From: Negaprion brevirostris
Taxonomy: Eukaryota
Direction of reading: 5' to 3'
Length of the DNA stretch: 64,000 nucleotides
Assembly: GCA_030324005.1 (NCBI GenBank)
Contig: JARDVH010000099.1
Span: 44,468,291-44,532,290 of the forward strand
Shown: in pieces, positions 61,001 to 64,000 of the stretch
Position numbering within the stretch: the first letter of the stretch is position 1
Layout of the letters: each line of letters opens with the position of its first letter
The notes under the pieces: generated by a model
Told to the model about the DNA's origin: nothing
The model's input: the letters and a program-made list of their open reading frames with translations, nothing else
Databases searched by the model: none
Position numbers and translations under genes: made by a program

Positions 61001-61137
61001 ATGATAATCACATGAATGGCCTCTGCAGTGCATAGAATGTGGGAGATTCATTTTGGGAAACATGCTGAAAAAACCAGCATGAATTACTCAATTCATTCAA
61101 ATTTGACACTTGGATTTTTTTGGGGAGCATTCCAGCC
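58039..61137 (+). mobile_element. Decayed transposase-bearing PIF/Harbinger transposon, with gaps inside
   Basis: HARBI1-like N-terminus on +. The termini are shared with the MITE at 16443-17091. 59900-60500 probably holds the 3' part of the convergent partner gene (tentative). Confidence 0.75.
58745..59276 (+). pseudogene. Harbinger transposase (HARBI1-like nuclease) N-terminal pseudogene fragment
   Basis: LSFL..GRGVHLLPEEVTVTVALNLH..VAATAHCVSK is similar to the Harbinger SFL..GGHPLPVAVKVTVALNFY..SQSAAHRCI motif. The catalytic DDE region would fall in the gap. Confidence 0.75.
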
Positions 61138-63110
61138 AGGGACTGACTCTTAACTCCCAGAAAGAGGTACAGTGGTCCCATGTCAGACACTAAATTGATG
61201 TCCCTCTTCACCAACAATAACAATTAACACTCCCAAAAAGCCACCAGTAACTCTCAACTGTCATTGATTAGGCTCTGAACCCCTGCAATCATGATCTCAG
61301 CCAAGCTCGGCTCCCAGCCCTGATCGCTATATTCATAATCCCTCCACAATTGAAAGTCTCCTGACTAACATCAGCTCCTCATTACACCTGCAATTGTGTT
61401 CAACTTCAGACATCTCAACCCCCAACCACTCTGGCAATCAGGGTTCCTCAAATATCCCCCTTACCTGCACTGTAATTGGAGACCCCATGATCACCATTGG
61501 CAAGCCTCTGCAATTGGTGCACCTTCCACTTGTGATTCAGAGCCTCTACCAAGATCCAGACTACTCCAATCTGGAGACCACCCCATATTTGTTTTCACTC
61601 CCCATGATATTTAGCTNNNNNNNNNNTTAGACTTTGGGCTTGTGAAGCAGACTTCATCTGAATGGCTTTCATCCTGAGAACCAGGCAACTGTGAGCAGAA
61701 ACTTGAAAAAAAAAATCAGATAAAGTAGTCAAGTTATGCAAGGCATTTGGGGAAACCTCTTCTTCCCTATTTCTTAACCTCTCAGCTGACCCTCCCACAC
61801 AGAATTCACCTCTGGGCTAAAAATCCAGATCATTTTTTTAAGTAAAACAATGTGAAGATGGCATATTACTTTATTTGTACTTTTGACTTTTTTATTTAGC
61901 TTTTCTGTTTTTTTCCACATTGTATTCTTCTTGTCCGTGCTGTTTACCACTGTGGGAGAATGGATTCTGCAGGTAGCACACTGCATGCTCAATGCTTTCC
62001 ATTGCTAATTCAACTTGTATGCTGAGCTGGCAGGGAGTAAGCGTTCAGGTGTCAAGATGAGTACAGCTATTTTCTTCTTCCAAGGATCAATAAGATAGAT
62101 CATACAAATGAATAGGTTTGAGAGTTCCCTAAACAGGATATTTCACGTCATTTAGAAGAGATGTGTAATAACAGTGTAAGATATTCTAAGCATACGTTGA
62201 AACAAAAATATTATAATTGAAAATTAATGTTGAACATGACCCTGATGATTACTGGAGGTAACCTATTTTACTTCATCTGTGAGTTGAAATAAAAGACAAA
62301 AATAATGTCAAGGCTCATCCATATGCAGATATAATATTTAAATTTTCATTGCTTGAAGGCAACACAAACAAAATATTGCAAAGATGACATGGTTATGCAC
62401 CAAATTAAAAAGCTGAGCACGTTTTATGGTAATCAAATGGTGCAATTACCAGAAAATCTGAGCATAATTTTGTATGGAATGGTGTTGCTTTTGGGTTTGT
62501 CTTATTTATAGAAACTGTTGACCATTAAAACAGTGAATATATAAAAGTTGAGTATGTCAACTGTAACAGTTCTTTGTTCTGCCTGGGATGTATTTATTAC
62601 AGCCTGAGGTGAATTTTCACTTTAACTTTTGAACAGAGAAAAGGCAATAGCTTGATTTTAAACAGTATCCAATGTTTGTTTATAACTAAAAACATGACTG
62701 AAGAGAGGTGTAAAATGGTTGTCCAATCTACTTCTGCTTGTTTTCTGGAAGGAGCATTCAACATAGTTCAACAGGCTGATAATCAGCTCAGAAATACTTC
62801 CACCACTTCCCCCACTATTCCCCAAAGGGTAAAAAAGCAATATGTGTGTGGGAGATACGCAAGCAACAACTGCCTAGGTGTATGATATACTTGACCATAC
62901 TGTAAGCCACTGCATTCAACATTGCAGCTGAAAGTGGAAGGATGGTCCTTTGCATTTTCACTTACATCTCAATACTTTTGGAGAAAAAAACTGTCCACTT
63001 AGATATGTCCTTCAGTCTTTATTTGCCTTTGTGCATTAAAACTACTTAACATAGAAGTAACTTAAGAGCAGACATTTTCTATTTGGCAGTGATGACTTTA
63101 CAAAAACATA

Positions 63111-64000
63111 GGATGGAATTTTGAGCCTGCTGTCAGTACAAACAGCGACACCCAAAACCTTGCAAGAGTCAGAAAATGAAATCCTCGCTGGTCAGGCTGC
63201 AGGGGCAGCTGTAGGGCATGTGCAATGTGGAAGGACACTGCAGAGTCCAAGCTATGAGGGATATCAAGGATATTTTCATGAGTGGCTGGCTGTTCAGGAT
63301 CTGCTGCCCATGAAAGTTAAGGATCAGGTTGAATACAATTTGGAGACTTGAAATAAATCAGATTATCCTTGCCTGCCACAGGAGGAAGTCACTTCCCTAA
63401 TGGCATTCCTGCTGATTCTTTAATTAGTCAATTATGCCCATTAAATTAGTAATGTAATACATGGTTCTACCACAGATAGCCACCCGCTGATTAACCCTTT
63501 GGAAGCTGAGCCCCCAAGCAATAATTCCATGACTTGCACTCACCTATCGATAAGAGAGAGGTGACACAGTTATGGCCCCCAGTACAAAGGGCAAAGGCTA
63601 CGAAGCTCAGCAGGCAGCCCAGAAATGTTCTGTATTGTGACAGCATTTCAGCCCCCCTGGGAAGTCAGTATACAGGTCAAGTCAATCTACGTATGTGCCC
63701 TCAGTCCTCATCCTTCATTCTGCAGGCCACTAAGGCTATCCAAGATAGATAAATATCTGTCATGTGGAGTTGGGAGAGGGTTGGGAGAGGCATATGTGGG
63801 GACATGTCCACTGCATGAAAGAGTAAGAGAATGTTGCTCTTTGGAAAGGTGCTCACATAGGGGACTGTCACAGGTGGATGTCTCATGTCTTGGTAAGGCA
63901 ATGTGTTAGGGCACTTACAGGGCTCCTTGTTGCTCACAGATGTTTCCTCGTTTTTAGTTTTAGAGTGTGAGGATGGTGGAGCCATTGGAATTGTCTGTGC
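63111..64000 (+). mobile_element. Probable left part of another Harbinger element with a degenerate Myb exon 1
   Basis: Terminus GGATGGAATTTT. KREVTQLWP..ISAPLGSQYTGQ weakly resembles the trihelix RR..LWP..VSA....RTGQQC pattern. Confidence 0.4.

Noticed and set aside
62637-62885. Open frame after a good acceptor (ttttgaacag)
   Set aside because: No recognisable homology and a weak donor. It cannot be supported without RNA or homology data.

Overview
This is vertebrate genomic DNA from a gapped draft assembly, with many 10-N, 100-N and larger gaps. The repeat content points to a shark, probably a galeomorph; this is inferred from recalled repeat families. It includes HE1/V-type tRNA SINEs, a SacSINE1-like Deu-SINE, CR1, L2, RTE and Rex1 LINE fragments, Penelope terminal repeats and abundant PIF/Harbinger elements. 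I found no host-gene exon I can support, so the window looks intronic or intergenic, and nearly all listed ORFs are chance ORFs or transposon debris. Main points: (1) an apparently intact minimal type-I hammerhead ribozyme in a Penelope terminal repeat (minus strand, 16051-16092), with degenerate relatives elsewhere; (2) three to four decayed two-gene Harbinger transposons (HARBI1-like nuclease plus an intron-containing Myb/SANT partner), and non-autonomous elements that share their ends and carry arrays of a GGCA-N-TGCC palindrome; (3) two locally templated inverted insertions and a 69-bp near-perfect palindrome, all inside Harbinger-derived DNA; (4) SINE tail swapping and a SINE/LINE pair with a shared tail. 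All family assignments come from remembered motifs, not database searches, and boundaries of old repeats are approximate.
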